DNA of 64,000 nucleotides from Deltaproteobacteria bacterium (GCA_029881655.1 JAOUME010000001.1:2351-66350), one strand, 5' to 3'. Counted from the stretch's first letter, positions 41,841-52,969 are shown. Notes: generated by a model not told the origin, from the letters alone. Program-made: numbers and translations.

Positions 41841-42636
41841 ATGAAACAACCTCCTCGAATCCTTTTCCATGATCAATCAAATTTTCGCCCTTCCCCAAGG
41901 AAAGGCTATGATTGATCGCTTTCAGAATATATCCCTTGGCGTTTTTAACCACTTCTTCAATCTCATTATTGAGAGCATAATTTCCAGCGATAGCACTTGA
42001 GTAGACACAACCACTCCCGTGAACAGATTCGGTTTGGCTTCTTTGCGATGGATACCAACTCATTTTCATCTTGTGAAACAGCAAATCATCCGCATCCTCT
42101 TTTCGATGGCCCCCCTTAATAATAACCGTCTGGGCTCCTTTGAACTGAATCAACCTCGCCGCATTTTCCATATCGATCCGGCTCGTAATCGAAATCCCGC
42201 TTATCCTTTCAGCCTCCATAAGATTAGGGGTAATGATCGTTGCAAGAGGCAAAAGTTGATCGATCATAAACTCGATTCCATCTTCGTCCAGAAGTTCATG
42301 CCCGCTGGAGGATAGGATAACGGGATCTAAAACGATGGGGACCTCCCCGATATTTTTTAAGGCCTTACAGACCGATCGGACGACACTTTCGTTACCCAGC
42401 ATCCCGATTTTGACCACATCAATTTGAAAATCCTCAAAAAGCCTGATTATCTGCTCAAATACCAACTGCGGCTCCAAAGATTCGGCTCTGTAGACCTTTT
42501 TTGTGTCCTGAACGGTAAGCGTGGTGATAACTCCAAGTCCGTAAAGACCCAGGGATTCAAACGTTTTAACATCCGCCATGACTCCGGCGCCACCACTAGG
42601 ATCAAATCCGGCGATTGAAAGACCGGTTTTCTTCAT
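41827..42636 (-). CDS. thiD: Hydroxymethylpyrimidine/phosphomethylpyrimidine kinase
   Basis: IAGFDPSGGAG..AD.K, KIGML, DPV, TPN..EA, KGGH, HGSGC. Confidence 0.94.
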   Translation of the reverse strand: MKKTGLSIAGFDPSGGAGVMADVKTFESLGLYGLGVITTLTVQDTKKVYRAESLEPQLVFEQIIRLFEDFQIDVVKIGMLGNESVVRSVCKALKNIGEVPIVLDPVILSSSGHELLDEDGIEFMIDQLLPLATIITPNLMEAERISGISITSRIDMENAARLIQFKGAQTVIIKGGHRKEDADDLLFHKMKMSWYPSQRSQTESVHGSGCVYSSAIAGNYALNNEIEEVVKNAKGYILKAINHSLSLGKGENLIDHGKGFEEVVSFKNG

Positions 42637-42646
42637 TGCGTCCCTT

Positions 42647-43500
42647 TTAATTAATCAACGCCATTAAAATCCGCTTTGTTTTTAAATGTCTGATAAAAAA
42701 CTCAATCTCTTTTGCTCCGATATTGCCGCCCATACTGCTTAAAACCGGTAACATTACCTTCTTCGCGCTGATTCTTGGATCAATATCATAATAATAAGAC
42801 TCGGTAGCGTCAGGAATATCAAAAGGCCCAAGCTCATGCATCCCAAAATCGAAACTCAGTGAAAAACTTAAGATAATCGACGTTACGTCTTGTATCTTTC
42901 GACTCTGAAACCCAAAACGCTTTACATCACTAACCTGACCGAAACCATGGCAATTTAAGCCAGATCCCCGTCATTATTACTGGCCCATCCGCTTAGAAAT
43001 GAACCGTCAATCGCCACATATCATCTCCAGGATGAGTCCAACCTTCCATCGTCATAATTGCTACTGATCGCTACAATTCAGGTGCCCTTTTCATAAAGGA
43101 CGATGTTCTCAAGGGCAGTTCCGGTTTTACGGCAAGGGTTGAAAATTGGAAAATATCGGAATGGTACAGGTTCCCTGATGGGTCTTCAACTGTTGCACTG
43201 TAATAATAGACCGTAAGAGGATCAAGCCCTGGGAGTACAACTCATGAAGATACAAGTAGGTTGAATATAAGCTCATGGAAGGATCCACCGCCGTATAAAT
43301 CAGGCTGTATCTGCCCAATCCGTGCATAATTTCGCAACGAAATCTTGATCAGATTGGAAACGGATCACGGCTTGATGAGCCGTGATCTCCTCAACCCAGA
43401 CATCGAGAAAATCGATTTACCTGTCCGAACTATCGTTACCGCATGAGCATCCCTGGATAACTAATATCAACAACACCCAAATAATGCGGCTAACAAAAAC
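42647..43500 (-). pseudogene. Decayed lipoprotein gene (FN3 + discoidin/F5-8 type C-like domains)
   Basis: Fragments joined across several stops and frameshifts: lipobox-like IQGC, VEEITAHQAVIRF, LPGLDPLTVYYYSATVEDPSGN...FQFST, AIDGSFLSGWASNNDGD, GPFDIPD, GGNIGAKEIEF. Confidence 0.7.
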
Positions 43501-43571
43501 CTTTAAATCAAGCTTTTTTCAGATAGTTTCCCTTAATTAATTACAACAACAAACTTTTTTCTCAAACCACT

Positions 43572-46500
43572 TTATTTGTTTGGCTTGTCAACCATGACAA
43601 ATGCCGCCCAATAATAAGGGTGGTTCCAATCTTCTGATTTAATTAGTTCCATTTGCGACTGCTTCAATGCTTCTCTGGTGGGGATCTTTTTGTAGATACG
43701 GTCATAAAACCCCGTCATCAACAACCTTGTTCCCTCGTCACTAACCGGCCATAAGGAGTTGATCACGCTGATAACCCCAGCCTCCTGAAAGGATCGGCGA
43801 AGTCCATAGACACCTTCACCAGCATGGATCTCGCCCACTCCGGTTTCACAAGCCGAAAGAACAACCAGTCTTGTTCCTGAAAGTTTCAGGTTTAATACCT
43901 CAAGCGCTGTTAAAACCCCATCGTTATTGGTATCAATATCACCTAAAAACGGCGCGTTCGTATTGATCCCCGCAAAAGCCAGTCCCGCTCTCAATAAAGG
44001 ATTATCCCCCGGTGGCGGTAGTTTCTGCGGCCCACCCCTTTGCATGGATAAAAGCCTGCTCTTTAAGCGCTCTTCCGCCTGCAAAAAGAAACCGTGTGTC
44101 GCGATATGCAACATTCCTGGTGGCTTGTCGATTGAACGAAGCAATTGCTCCTCAGCCGTTTTCTTGCTATAAATCCGAGATACACCTTGGGCGCTTTTTG
44201 AAACCTTCTGGATCGCCTCTCCTTCGAGTTCCGCTCCCAAAAGCGGATCAAAGGACAATGACCTCAGGCCGTGAGACTGGACCTTAAGCGCATTGGTCGC
44301 AGCGCTTCTTCTGCCTTTGGCTATTTGTTTGGCAACCTTGTTTGTCTCGGAATCCAGATCATAATCGGGACCCGCCAGGATTACAAACTCACCCGAAGAA
44401 GGAGGCAGAGCCGGAATCACGATATCCCGTCCAGAGGATATGACTTTCAAGTCCAGTGTTTCGATCAGATATTTCCCGTCTTCATCTAAGATGGCGTCAA
44501 ACGGCAATAAATGCAAAATGCTGTCGGGAACCAGATAAACGCTTTTTCGATTTGCCAAGTGCGGCACGATCGGTTTCCAAACCAGATTGTAAATATCCTT
44601 TGCGGCTTCCTCGAAGTCGGCGTCGGTCGCGTATTCGTCTTGAATCACTTCCCTAAAAAAAGAAACGAATTTTCGGACCTCTTCCAACTCACCCAAGGGA
44701 ATTAGTTTGATTTCATCGTTTTTACAATCAAAGACTAAAAAACATTCACTGGTACTTTTTTTCGCCACCATGGCAAAAATCTTTGGGGTTCCGTCAACAT
44801 AAGTTAAATAATCAATCAGGACATCTTCCTCGTTTAGTTGCTCGAAAAGCTGATCCACGCTCACCCACTGCGACGCGGTTCTAAAAGGCATACTCTTTTG
44901 CCCCAGAAGTGCCTGAAGATCGTTGACCTCTTCTTCCAAATCAACCAGTTTCTTTTGAAATTCTTCGGGTGTCTCGCCGACCGGACCGGAAAGCGTCAGG
45001 GAGGCCAATTCCTTTCTAGTTTCATTCAGTTTTTTCGCTAAACTGGAAAGTTCCGGCGATTTGGTCATCTCTAAAACTTTTTGAATCTCGGACGCAATTT
45101 TCAAAAGTAGCCCCTTTCTCTGAAGACTCACGTCCAACGCTGACTTGGCGGTTTCAGGAGAATTAACTTTAAGTAATAACTTGAGATATTTATCCTGCTC
45201 ATGTTTGTGAAGAGTGATATAGTTCTCGCGGGTGTTCTCGCCCGTAGCCCAAAGCACCCGGTCAAAAAAGTCACTTCTTCTTTGAAAACCTCTCTTGCGA
45301 TTCTCATAAGCCTCACTGGTCTTCTCGCCAAACTCCAAGGCATCTGAAAGATTGTTCAAGGCCTCGAAACTGTACTGATGTTTATCCCCTAAAACCTCGT
45401 CTGAAAGCTGCAAGGTCTCAGTCAAAAGCTTTTCGGCCTCGCTGAATTTTTCTTCGGAGATCAAAAGCCCCGACATATCGATCTGACTTCTGACTACGTC
45501 CGGATGTCGATCACCCAAAACCTCCTTTCTTAACTTAAGAGATTGAGTAAACATCTCCTCCGCAGCAACAAGGTCGCCCTTGTAATGTTTCACTCTGGCA
45601 AGGTTGTTTAACGCCTTAAGAGTCTTTTGATGCTTCAGTCCAAGCTGGGATTTCCAGACATCCAACACCTGGGAAAACATCGGTTCTGCCAGGTCAAATT
45701 CCCGCTCCATCAAAAACAGATAACCAAGGTTGTTAACGCTGGCGATGGTATTGGGATGATTGTCGCCAAAGATTTCCTGGCTGAACTCGATCGTTTGGTT
45801 GTAAAGAGGTTCTGATTTTTTAAAGCTCCCCTGACTTTCAAAGAGCATGGCAATATTATTCATGATCGCCAAGGTAGAGGGATGCTTCTCTCCATTGGCT
45901 TTTCTTGAAACGGTTAGCGCCTCCTTAAACAAAGGCTCGGCCTGTTCGTAGTATCCTTGGTTTTCATTTAACAAAGCCAGATTGTTCATTATATTGACGG
46001 CTTGCGGGTGATATTTGCCCAGAGCCGCTTCAACCTGACTGAGCGCTTTTCGATAGGTCATCTCGGAAAGTCCGTAATCTCCTTTTCTGCGGTAAAGCCC
46101 CGCAATCTTATCCAAATCCACGATAGTATTGGGATGAGTCTCTCCCAGACTCTGCTTGTCGTACTCATAAACCTTCTTATAAAGCTCTTCTGCCTGATCG
46201 TATTTCCCGATATCTTCATAAAGGATCGCTAGATTGCTAATCGTCTGATAAAGATCGGGATTCATATCTCCCAATGTTTGTCTCATCAAGCGTACAGCAT
46301 CGTTAAAAAGCGGCTCTGATTTTTTATATTGCCCCATCAATCGATAAAGCTCAGCTAAGCTGGACATGGTGACCAAGGTTTCCACGTCCTTATCACCCAA
46401 ATTCTGACGCTTGATTTCTAAGACATCGTTTAAAATAGTTTCCGCTTGGGGATAATCACCACCCGCAATATAAGTTGACGCTAGGATATCTTTAGAAAAC

Positions 46501-47117
46501 AGCAACTCGGGAACATCTTGAATCGAAAGACTGCCTAAACTGCTCAACGCCTCCTTGAGGACCGCTTCGGCTTTTCTCCATTGCCCTTTGGCCAAGTACA
46601 TTTGAGCCAGGTTATTAACATTGTGAAGTATCTCAGGATTGTTGATTCCAATGCTTTTCTTCTTGGCCAGAAAAACCTTTTCCAGCATTTCCAGCGCACG
46701 GTTATAATCCCCGGAATCCCCATAAGTTAACCCCAACTCTTCCGTAACCATCAGAGTCTCCGCATGATCTTCTCCCAACATCTCCGTCGCAATGGACAAA
46801 GCCTTTTTATAGACCTTTGTCGCTTGTTCGTAATCCTGTACCCCCGAATAAGTCCGGGCAAGATTAAATATAGCTGAAAGGGTAAAAGGGCTGAGTTGCC
46901 CAAAACTGTTTTCGGCCTTTTGCGCTGCATTGATCGCAAGCTTCACTGCTTCCTCGTAATTGCCCTGCTCAAAAAAACCGATTGAATCGCCAATCATTTG
47001 ATCCAATTCGGACTCAGTTATAGCTGAAGAACTATTCTGAGCCGACAAAGAAGGATTTATCGCAAACATAAACATTATGCTTAACGATAATAACCAAACT
47101 AATTTAATCGATTTCAT
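43572..47117 (-). CDS. TPR-repeat + CHAT (caspase-like) domain protein with signal peptide
   Basis: About 14 42-aa TPRs (LG..HP.T....NNLA.L); CHAT motifs LVPD..LH.LPF, HIATHGFF, VLSACETG, SLWPVSD, HPYYWAAF. Confidence 0.92.
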   Translation of the reverse strand: MKSIKLVWLLSLSIMFMFAINPSLSAQNSSSAITESELDQMIGDSIGFFEQGNYEEAVKLAINAAQKAENSFGQLSPFTLSAIFNLARTYSGVQDYEQATKVYKKALSIATEMLGEDHAETLMVTEELGLTYGDSGDYNRALEMLEKVFLAKKKSIGINNPEILHNVNNLAQMYLAKGQWRKAEAVLKEALSSLGSLSIQDVPELLFSKDILASTYIAGGDYPQAETILNDVLEIKRQNLGDKDVETLVTMSSLAELYRLMGQYKKSEPLFNDAVRLMRQTLGDMNPDLYQTISNLAILYEDIGKYDQAEELYKKVYEYDKQSLGETHPNTIVDLDKIAGLYRRKGDYGLSEMTYRKALSQVEAALGKYHPQAVNIMNNLALLNENQGYYEQAEPLFKEALTVSRKANGEKHPSTLAIMNNIAMLFESQGSFKKSEPLYNQTIEFSQEIFGDNHPNTIASVNNLGYLFLMEREFDLAEPMFSQVLDVWKSQLGLKHQKTLKALNNLARVKHYKGDLVAAEEMFTQSLKLRKEVLGDRHPDVVRSQIDMSGLLISEEKFSEAEKLLTETLQLSDEVLGDKHQYSFEALNNLSDALEFGEKTSEAYENRKRGFQRRSDFFDRVLWATGENTRENYITLHKHEQDKYLKLLLKVNSPETAKSALDVSLQRKGLLLKIASEIQKVLEMTKSPELSSLAKKLNETRKELASLTLSGPVGETPEEFQKKLVDLEEEVNDLQALLGQKSMPFRTASQWVSVDQLFEQLNEEDVLIDYLTYVDGTPKIFAMVAKKSTSECFLVFDCKNDEIKLIPLGELEEVRKFVSFFREVIQDEYATDADFEEAAKDIYNLVWKPIVPHLANRKSVYLVPDSILHLLPFDAILDEDGKYLIETLDLKVISSGRDIVIPALPPSSGEFVILAGPDYDLDSETNKVAKQIAKGRRSAATNALKVQSHGLRSLSFDPLLGAELEGEAIQKVSKSAQGVSRIYSKKTAEEQLLRSIDKPPGMLHIATHGFFLQAEERLKSRLLSMQRGGPQKLPPPGDNPLLRAGLAFAGINTNAPFLGDIDTNNDGVLTALEVLNLKLSGTRLVVLSACETGVGEIHAGEGVYGLRRSFQEAGVISVINSLWPVSDEGTRLLMTGFYDRIYKKIPTREALKQSQMELIKSEDWNHPYYWAAFVMVDKPNK

Positions 47118-47335
47118 TTTTCCCCTTGTTTAATATTAAGAATGGCTTTTTATACTTCGCAATCAATACTTATAGAGTTTTGAGAGTTTCGATATATTCC
47201 TCTTTTTTTATGAAAGTATACTAAATTTTACTAAAAAAATAAAGATTAATCTTGAAATGTCTAAGTTACGATCATCGCACCAGCGCCATTTTAGTTTTCC
47301 TCTATAAACAAACTTAAGCTCCATCAATAATAATT

Positions 47336-47815
47336 TCAGTATACCCTTTCTCGCTGATGTTTGGCCTTAATCTCAGGTGGCCATAATGACTTGAAATAAT
47401 GTATGGTCGACTTTATCTCGTCATCGGACAACTTGCCTTTAAACTCCCTCATTGGTGATTCCTCGGCAATTGAGCCTTCCTTGACGACCTCAAATAATAT
47501 TTTGTCGCTATGATGCCAACCATGTCCCTTTCCGTTTAATGCCGGGGCTAAAAAAGATCCATCGTCCTTTAACCCTCCCTTTGGCTTAAATGGATCTTCT
47601 CCTTGGGCCTCATCCCCATGACACAGGCCACAGTGCTCAACAAAAAGTCTTTCGCCTTGTTTAATTTTTTGCGTTGTGGACTCACCCAGAATCGGTTTTT
47701 TCGATTGATTGTACTGATAGGTTATAGTCCCCGCTATGACTACCAAAAATACAATCAACCAAATAACTATTTTCTTTCTAGAATTGACCTCCTGGCTTTT
47801 TTGCTCTTGGTTCAT
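47336..47815 (-). CDS. Membrane-anchored monoheme cytochrome c
   Basis: N-terminal TM, CGLCH, APALNG.GH.WHH, distal Met (SPM). Confidence 0.88.
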   Translation of the reverse strand: MNQEQKSQEVNSRKKIVIWLIVFLVVIAGTITYQYNQSKKPILGESTTQKIKQGERLFVEHCGLCHGDEAQGEDPFKPKGGLKDDGSFLAPALNGKGHGWHHSDKILFEVVKEGSIAEESPMREFKGKLSDDEIKSTIHYFKSLWPPEIKAKHQRERVY

Positions 47816-47857
47816 AATTTTATTTATTAATATCATTCATATAGTGCTGCCAGTTGG

Positions 47858-48673
47858 TCATCCTTTAACCGCTCCCTTGGTCAGACCAGCGATGATCTGC
47901 CTTTGGAAAACCAAAAAAGCCAATATAACCGGCAAAGACGCGATAACTGAACCCGCCATTAAATGAGCCGAATCGACACCCGAATGAGAAGATCGAAAAA
48001 AGGCGATCCCTAGTGGCAATGTCCTCATTGAATCCGACGCTGTTAAAATCAAGGGATAGATATAGGCATTCCAACTAACCAAGACACTATGGATCGCAAC
48101 CACCGCCAAGGCCGGTTTGGACAAAGGCATGATAATCGTAAAGAAAATGCGCCAGTCACTCGCCCCTTCAAGGCGAGCCGCCTCCTCCAACTCAACAGGC
48201 AAGGAGAGCATATACTGTCTTAACAGAAAAATCCCAAAAGTCTCAGCTACCATCGGCAGAATCAAAGCAAGGTGCGTGTCGTAAAGTCCAAGTCCCTTAA
48301 CGACGATAAAAGTCGGCACCATCAGTACCGTCGCAGGTATCATCAATTTGATTAAAATCAATCCGATCAACCAACCTCTTCCCTTAAATTCTCTTCTCGC
48401 CAAAGCGTAGGCGGCCATCCCGTCAAAAATCAGGTTGGCCGCCGTGATAAAAAACGTAACGATCAGAGAATTTAGAAAGTACCGACCGAAATTACCCTCG
48501 ATCCAGACTTCAATAAAATTCCCCAAGGTAAATTCCCCGCCAATCGGAAACACCGAGCCCAAACCCAAAGGACCCGACCGATCCAAAAAACTGGTGACAA
48601 ACATCACCCATAAAGGAACCAAGGTTATCAACGCCAATGAAAACAATATAATATGCAATATCTGTTTTCTCAT
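47858..48673 (-). CDS. Carbohydrate ABC transporter permease (MalG-like)
   Basis: FLNS, MAAYALAR..F.G, EAA loop LEEAARLEGAS, WN....P, FQRQII.G...GAVKG. Confidence 0.9.
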   Translation of the reverse strand: MRKQILHIILFSLALITLVPLWVMFVTSFLDRSGPLGLGSVFPIGGEFTLGNFIEVWIEGNFGRYFLNSLIVTFFITAANLIFDGMAAYALARREFKGRGWLIGLILIKLMIPATVLMVPTFIVVKGLGLYDTHLALILPMVAETFGIFLLRQYMLSLPVELEEAARLEGASDWRIFFTIIMPLSKPALAVVAIHSVLVSWNAYIYPLILTASDSMRTLPLGIAFFRSSHSGVDSAHLMAGSVIASLPVILAFLVFQRQIIAGLTKGAVKG

Positions 48674-48944
48674 TCCCTGAATAAATAAATCGCCAAATAA
48701 TGTGAAAATCAACTTCTAAAAATATATCAAGATGAACTACATCCAGTGTCGTGGTTGTTCGCCTAGTAAAAAATCAAATAAAAATCGTCATAACCCTTTA
48801 CTTAAAAACCCCAGCTCTGATAATAAAATCGAAAATTAAATAAAAAAGCACGGATTATACAAAGAATTAATTTTACATTATTTTTATTTTAATATAAATC
48901 TAGCACATTAAAAAAAGAAAACCTAACTTTATTTGTAAGGATTG

Positions 48945-48982
48945 TTGACCTTTGTTTTTTATTTATGTAATTTTCCTTACAT
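48945..48982 (+). promoter_or_regulatory. nqr promoter with palindromic operator
   Basis: TTGACC-N17-TAATTT overlapped by ATGTAA-N6-TTACAT (48965-48982). Confidence 0.5.
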
Positions 48983-49029
48983 CAAAACAAATTTAATTTG
49001 TTCTTTAGGATGTGCCCTTAACTTTATAT

Positions 49030-50373
49030 ATGATCAAAATTAAAAAAGGCTTGAAGCTTCCCATCTCAGGCGAACCCCAACAGAAAATTTCCAAAGGAAA
49101 TTCAGTCAAGACCGTTGCGCTCGTAGGACCCGATTACAGGAACATGAAACCGACTATGGCTGTAAAAGTTGGCGACAAGGTTAAACTGGGACAGGTTTTG
49201 TTTGAGGATAAGAAAAATCCAGGTGTACTTTTTACGGCGCCGGGATCTGGAACCATCATAGCGGTTAACAGGGGAGAAAAAAGAGTCTTTCTTTCGGTTG
49301 TCATCCAGTTGCAAGGTGATGAGGCCGAATCCTTTGGGGTATACGAGGAAGGCAAACTTTCTCAGTTGGAGCGTGTGGAAATTCAAGATAACCTTTTGCG
49401 CTCGGGTATGTGGACGGCCTTTAAGACAAGACCCTTCAGCAAGAGTCCTCAACCCGGTTCAACCCCAAACTCGATCTTTGTAACCGCCATGGACACCAAT
49501 CCACTGGCACCCGATCCTGAGATTTTTCTATCCGAACATCCTTCGGCTTTCGTCAACGGATTGAAACTGCTTTCCAAGCTGACTGATGGAAAAACCTATC
49601 TGTGCATTGCCCCTAACAGCAACATCCCTGGAAAGGACCTGAGTACAACCGAAACGATTACTTTTTCAGGACCACATCCAGCGGGTCTTGCGGGTACCCA
49701 TATCCACCATTTAGATCCAGTGCATGCCCAAAAGACCGTCTGGTCGATCAATTACCAGGATGTCGTCGCCATCGGCTATCTTTTTACCACTGGCAAGCTC
49801 TTTGTGGAAAGGATCGTATCCTTAGCGGGCCCACAGGTAAAAAACCCCAGGCTTATAAAGACCAGAACCGGAGCCAGTATCGATGATCTTATCAAAGGGG
49901 AGACCAAAACCGGCAACAACCGGGTTATATCCGGCTCAGTTCTCTCAGGACTCACCGCCAACAAAGAACTCGCTTTCCTGGGCAGATTTCATAATCAGAT
50001 TTCTATTTTGGAAGAAGGCTTTAAAAGAGACTTCCTTGGCTGGCTGGCTCCGGGATTCAATAAATTTTCCATTAAACAAATTTTTATCTCAAAATTGTTC
50101 CCCACTAAAAAATTTAACTTCACCACTTCCGAAGAGGGAAGCACAAGAGCTATGGTTCCAATCGGCATGTATGAGAAAGTGATGCCCTTGGACATCCAGC
50201 CAACTTTTTTATTGCGTTCTTTAATCACAAAAGACACCGACAAGGCCCAGGCGCTAGGCTGTCTGGAACTGGAGGAAGAAGATCTAGGACTTTGCACCTT
50301 TGTATGTCCTGGAAAATACAACTACGGGTCTATCCTTAGGGAGAACCTCACTCAAATCGAAAGGGAAGGTTAA
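49030..50373 (+). CDS. nqrA: Na+-translocating NADH:quinone reductase subunit A
   Basis: [39 protein letters not shown]. Confidence 0.96.
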   Translation: MIKIKKGLKLPISGEPQQKISKGNSVKTVALVGPDYRNMKPTMAVKVGDKVKLGQVLFEDKKNPGVLFTAPGSGTIIAVNRGEKRVFLSVVIQLQGDEAESFGVYEEGKLSQLERVEIQDNLLRSGMWTAFKTRPFSKSPQPGSTPNSIFVTAMDTNPLAPDPEIFLSEHPSAFVNGLKLLSKLTDGKTYLCIAPNSNIPGKDLSTTETITFSGPHPAGLAGTHIHHLDPVHAQKTVWSINYQDVVAIGYLFTTGKLFVERIVSLAGPQVKNPRLIKTRTGASIDDLIKGETKTGNNRVISGSVLSGLTANKELAFLGRFHNQISILEEGFKRDFLGWLAPGFNKFSIKQIFISKLFPTKKFNFTTSEEGSTRAMVPIGMYEKVMPLDIQPTFLLRSLITKDTDKAQALGCLELEEEDLGLCTFVCPGKYNYGSILRENLTQIEREG

Positions 50374-51585
50374 ATGAAGTTTTTACGGGATATTTTAGAC
50401 AAGCAACACCCGAAATTCGCCAAGGGCGGTAAGCTGGAAAAGTTTTACGCTCTTTATGAAATGGCCGACACCTTCCTTTATACGCCGGGCACCGTCACCA
50501 AAGAAGCCTCTCATGTACGCGATGGCATGGACCTAAAAAGGATGATGATCACCGTGGTTGTCGCTTTGACGCCGTGTATTTTAATAGCCATTTTCAATAC
50601 CGGCTATCAGGCCAACCTGGCGATGGACCAGATGGGTGTTCCTGAGGCTTCGGGCTGGCGTGAGACAGTGATCGCTTTGCTTGGTAGCGGATACGACCCC
50701 TCCAGTATCTGGGCGAATTTTATCCATGGACTCCTTTATTTTCTACCGATCTTTCTCGTCTGCAACCTCGTTGGAGGTTTTTGGGAAGGTCTTTTCGCCT
50801 CGGTCAGGGGTCATGAGATCAACGAAGGTTTTTTGGTTACAGGGATGCTATTCCCCCTGATTCTACCCGCAACCATTCCACTTTGGCAGGTGGCGTTGGG
50901 AATCTCTTTTGGAGTGGTTTTCGGCAAAGAGATTTTCGGGGGTACGGGAAAAAACTTTTTAAACCCCGCACTTACAGGTAGGGCTTTTTTGTTTTTCGCC
51001 TATCCGGCGCAAATCTCGGGTGATCAGGTTTGGGTCGCGGTCGATGGATTCAGCGGAGCCACCCCGCTCGGAGCCGCGATAAATGGCGGTTTGCCCGCGA
51101 TAGAGAAACTTTATAGTTTTTCAGACGCGCTGATCGGCTTTATCCCCGGCTCGATCGGGGAGACATCTGCTTTGGCATGTCTATTTGGAGCCATCGTTTT
51201 GATTGTATCCGGTGTCGGCTCATGGAGAATCATGCTCAGTGTCCTTATCGGAGCCATGGGACTTTCAGCCTTATTATATTTTGTCGGTAGCAGCACCAAC
51301 CCGATGTTTTCCATTTCCCCCTTATGGCACCTGGTAATTGGCGGGTTTGCCTTTGGACTGGTTTTTATGGCAACTGATCCTGTATCCTCCGCAATGAGCG
51401 AAACTGGTCAGTGGATATACGGCATTCTCATCGGAATGATGGTCATCTTGATTCGGGTCGTTAATCCGGCCTACCCCGAAGGGATGATGCTGGCGATCCT
51501 CTTCGGCAATATTTGCGCTCCGGTAATCGATTATTATGTCGTCAAGGCCAACATCAAACGAAGGAAAATCAGAAATGCCCAATGA
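50374..51585 (+). CDS. nqrB: Na+-NQR subunit B
   Basis: [36 protein letters not shown] (FMN Thr), FMATDPVS. Confidence 0.97.
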   Translation: MKFLRDILDKQHPKFAKGGKLEKFYALYEMADTFLYTPGTVTKEASHVRDGMDLKRMMITVVVALTPCILIAIFNTGYQANLAMDQMGVPEASGWRETVIALLGSGYDPSSIWANFIHGLLYFLPIFLVCNLVGGFWEGLFASVRGHEINEGFLVTGMLFPLILPATIPLWQVALGISFGVVFGKEIFGGTGKNFLNPALTGRAFLFFAYPAQISGDQVWVAVDGFSGATPLGAAINGGLPAIEKLYSFSDALIGFIPGSIGETSALACLFGAIVLIVSGVGSWRIMLSVLIGAMGLSALLYFVGSSTNPMFSISPLWHLVIGGFAFGLVFMATDPVSSAMSETGQWIYGILIGMMVILIRVVNPAYPEGMMLAILFGNICAPVIDYYVVKANIKRRKIRNAQ

Positions 51586-52344
51586 TTCCATCATAAAAAC
51601 CATCATCGTCGCATTTCTTCTTTGCGTCTTTTGCTCTGTTTTGGTTTCTAGTTCCGCAATCTACCTGAAACCGCTTCAGGAAAAAAACAAGCTTTTAGAA
51701 ACCAAAAAGAATATCCTTATCGCCTCGGGGCTAATGGAAGAGGGCAAAACCATCGAAGAGATGTTAAACAAATAACGGTCAGGATCATCGACCTTAAGAC
51801 CGGAGAGTTCGACGATGAGATCGATCCCAGCCAGTACGACGTAAAAAAAGCCATTAAAGACCCGCTTTTGGCTTATAAAATACCAAAAGATTTGGATTTG
51901 GCGAAAATCAAGCGAAGAGCAAAGTCGGTACCCGTTTATCTGGTGATGAAGGAAGATCAAATCGACACTGTCATTCTGCCCATCTACGGCAAGGGTCTTT
52001 GGTCTACCATGTACGCCTTTTTGGCTTTGGAAGGTGATACCAATACCGTCAAGGGACTATCCTTCTACGAGCACGCTGAGACTCCTGGACTTGGGGGCGA
52101 GGTTGATAACGAGCTTTGGAAGAAGTCATGGAAGGGCAAAAAGGTCTTTAGCCCCGACTGGGCACCGGTCATTGATCTTCCCAAAGCGAAAGTCGATCCA
52201 CAAAGACCCGAGGCTATTCACCAGGTCGATGGATTATCAGGGGCGACTTTAACGACCAGAGGAGTAAAAAATCTATTACGCTACTGGCTTGGAGAAAACG
52301 GCTACGGCCCCTTCCTTGCCAATCTAAGACAACAAGGAGTCTAA
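51575..52344 (+). pseudogene. nqrC: Na+-NQR subunit C, split by a 1-nt frameshift near 51764-51766 (possible sequencing error)
   Basis: MPNDS...LCVFCSVLVS...KNIL in one frame; KQITVRIIDLKTGE...GKGLWS, ETPGLG, VDGLSGATLT in the -1 frame. Confidence 0.85.
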
Positions 52345-52345
52345 T

Positions 52346-52969
52346 ATGATCAAGCCCAAAAACGTTTTATTAGATCCCATTTTTAAAAATAATCCGATCG
52401 CGCTTCAGGTTTTGGGTATCTGTTCTGCCCTGGCGGTTACCAGCAAGCTGGAGACCGTAATCGCCATGTCGTTTGCGCTGATGTTCGTCACAACTTTTTC
52501 CAACATCGGTGTCAGTCTGATCAGAAACCATATTCCAAACAGCATCCGCATCATCGTGCAAATGACCATCATCGCTTCACTGGTTATCATTGTCGATCAG
52601 GTCCTTAAGGCCTATGCGTTCGGCATTAGCAAACAACTTTCGGTCTTCGTGGGTCTCATCATCACCAACTGCATCGTCATGGGAAGGGCCGAGGCCTTCG
52701 CTATGAAAAATGGGGTGGGATTGAGTCTGCTTGATGGTCTGGGCAATGCCTTGGGCTATAGTCTGATTCTGTTTGTAGTGGGCTTTATCAGGGAGTTGAC
52801 CGGTTCAGGTAAATTATTGGGATTTAATATTTTAACACCTATCACCGAGGCTGGTTGGTACCAGCCTAACGGCTTGATGCTCTTGCCTCCAAGCGCTTTT
52901 TTTCTCATCGGGATCTTTATTTGGATTCTAAGAAGCTGGAAAAAGGATCAAGTCGAAAAGGACAACTAA
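52346..52969 (+). CDS. nqrD: Na+-NQR subunit D
   Basis: [35 protein letters not shown]. Confidence 0.97.
   Translation: MIKPKNVLLDPIFKNNPIALQVLGICSALAVTSKLETVIAMSFALMFVTTFSNIGVSLIRNHIPNSIRIIVQMTIIASLVIIVDQVLKAYAFGISKQLSVFVGLIITNCIVMGRAEAFAMKNGVGLSLLDGLGNALGYSLILFVVGFIRELTGSGKLLGFNILTPITEAGWYQPNGLMLLPPSAFFLIGIFIWILRSWKKDQVEKDN

Noticed and set aside
42637..42900. TPP riboswitch upstream of thiD
   Set aside because: No THI-box core seen; the region is pseudogene sequence.
43021..43080. In-frame TGA codons in the pseudogene as possible selenocysteines
   Set aside because: Accompanied by TAA stops and frameshifts, with no SECIS-like hairpin.
45300..46900. 126-nt periodicity as a possible CRISPR or DNA repeat array
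   Set aside because: It reflects degenerate protein-level TPR repeats inside a CDS.
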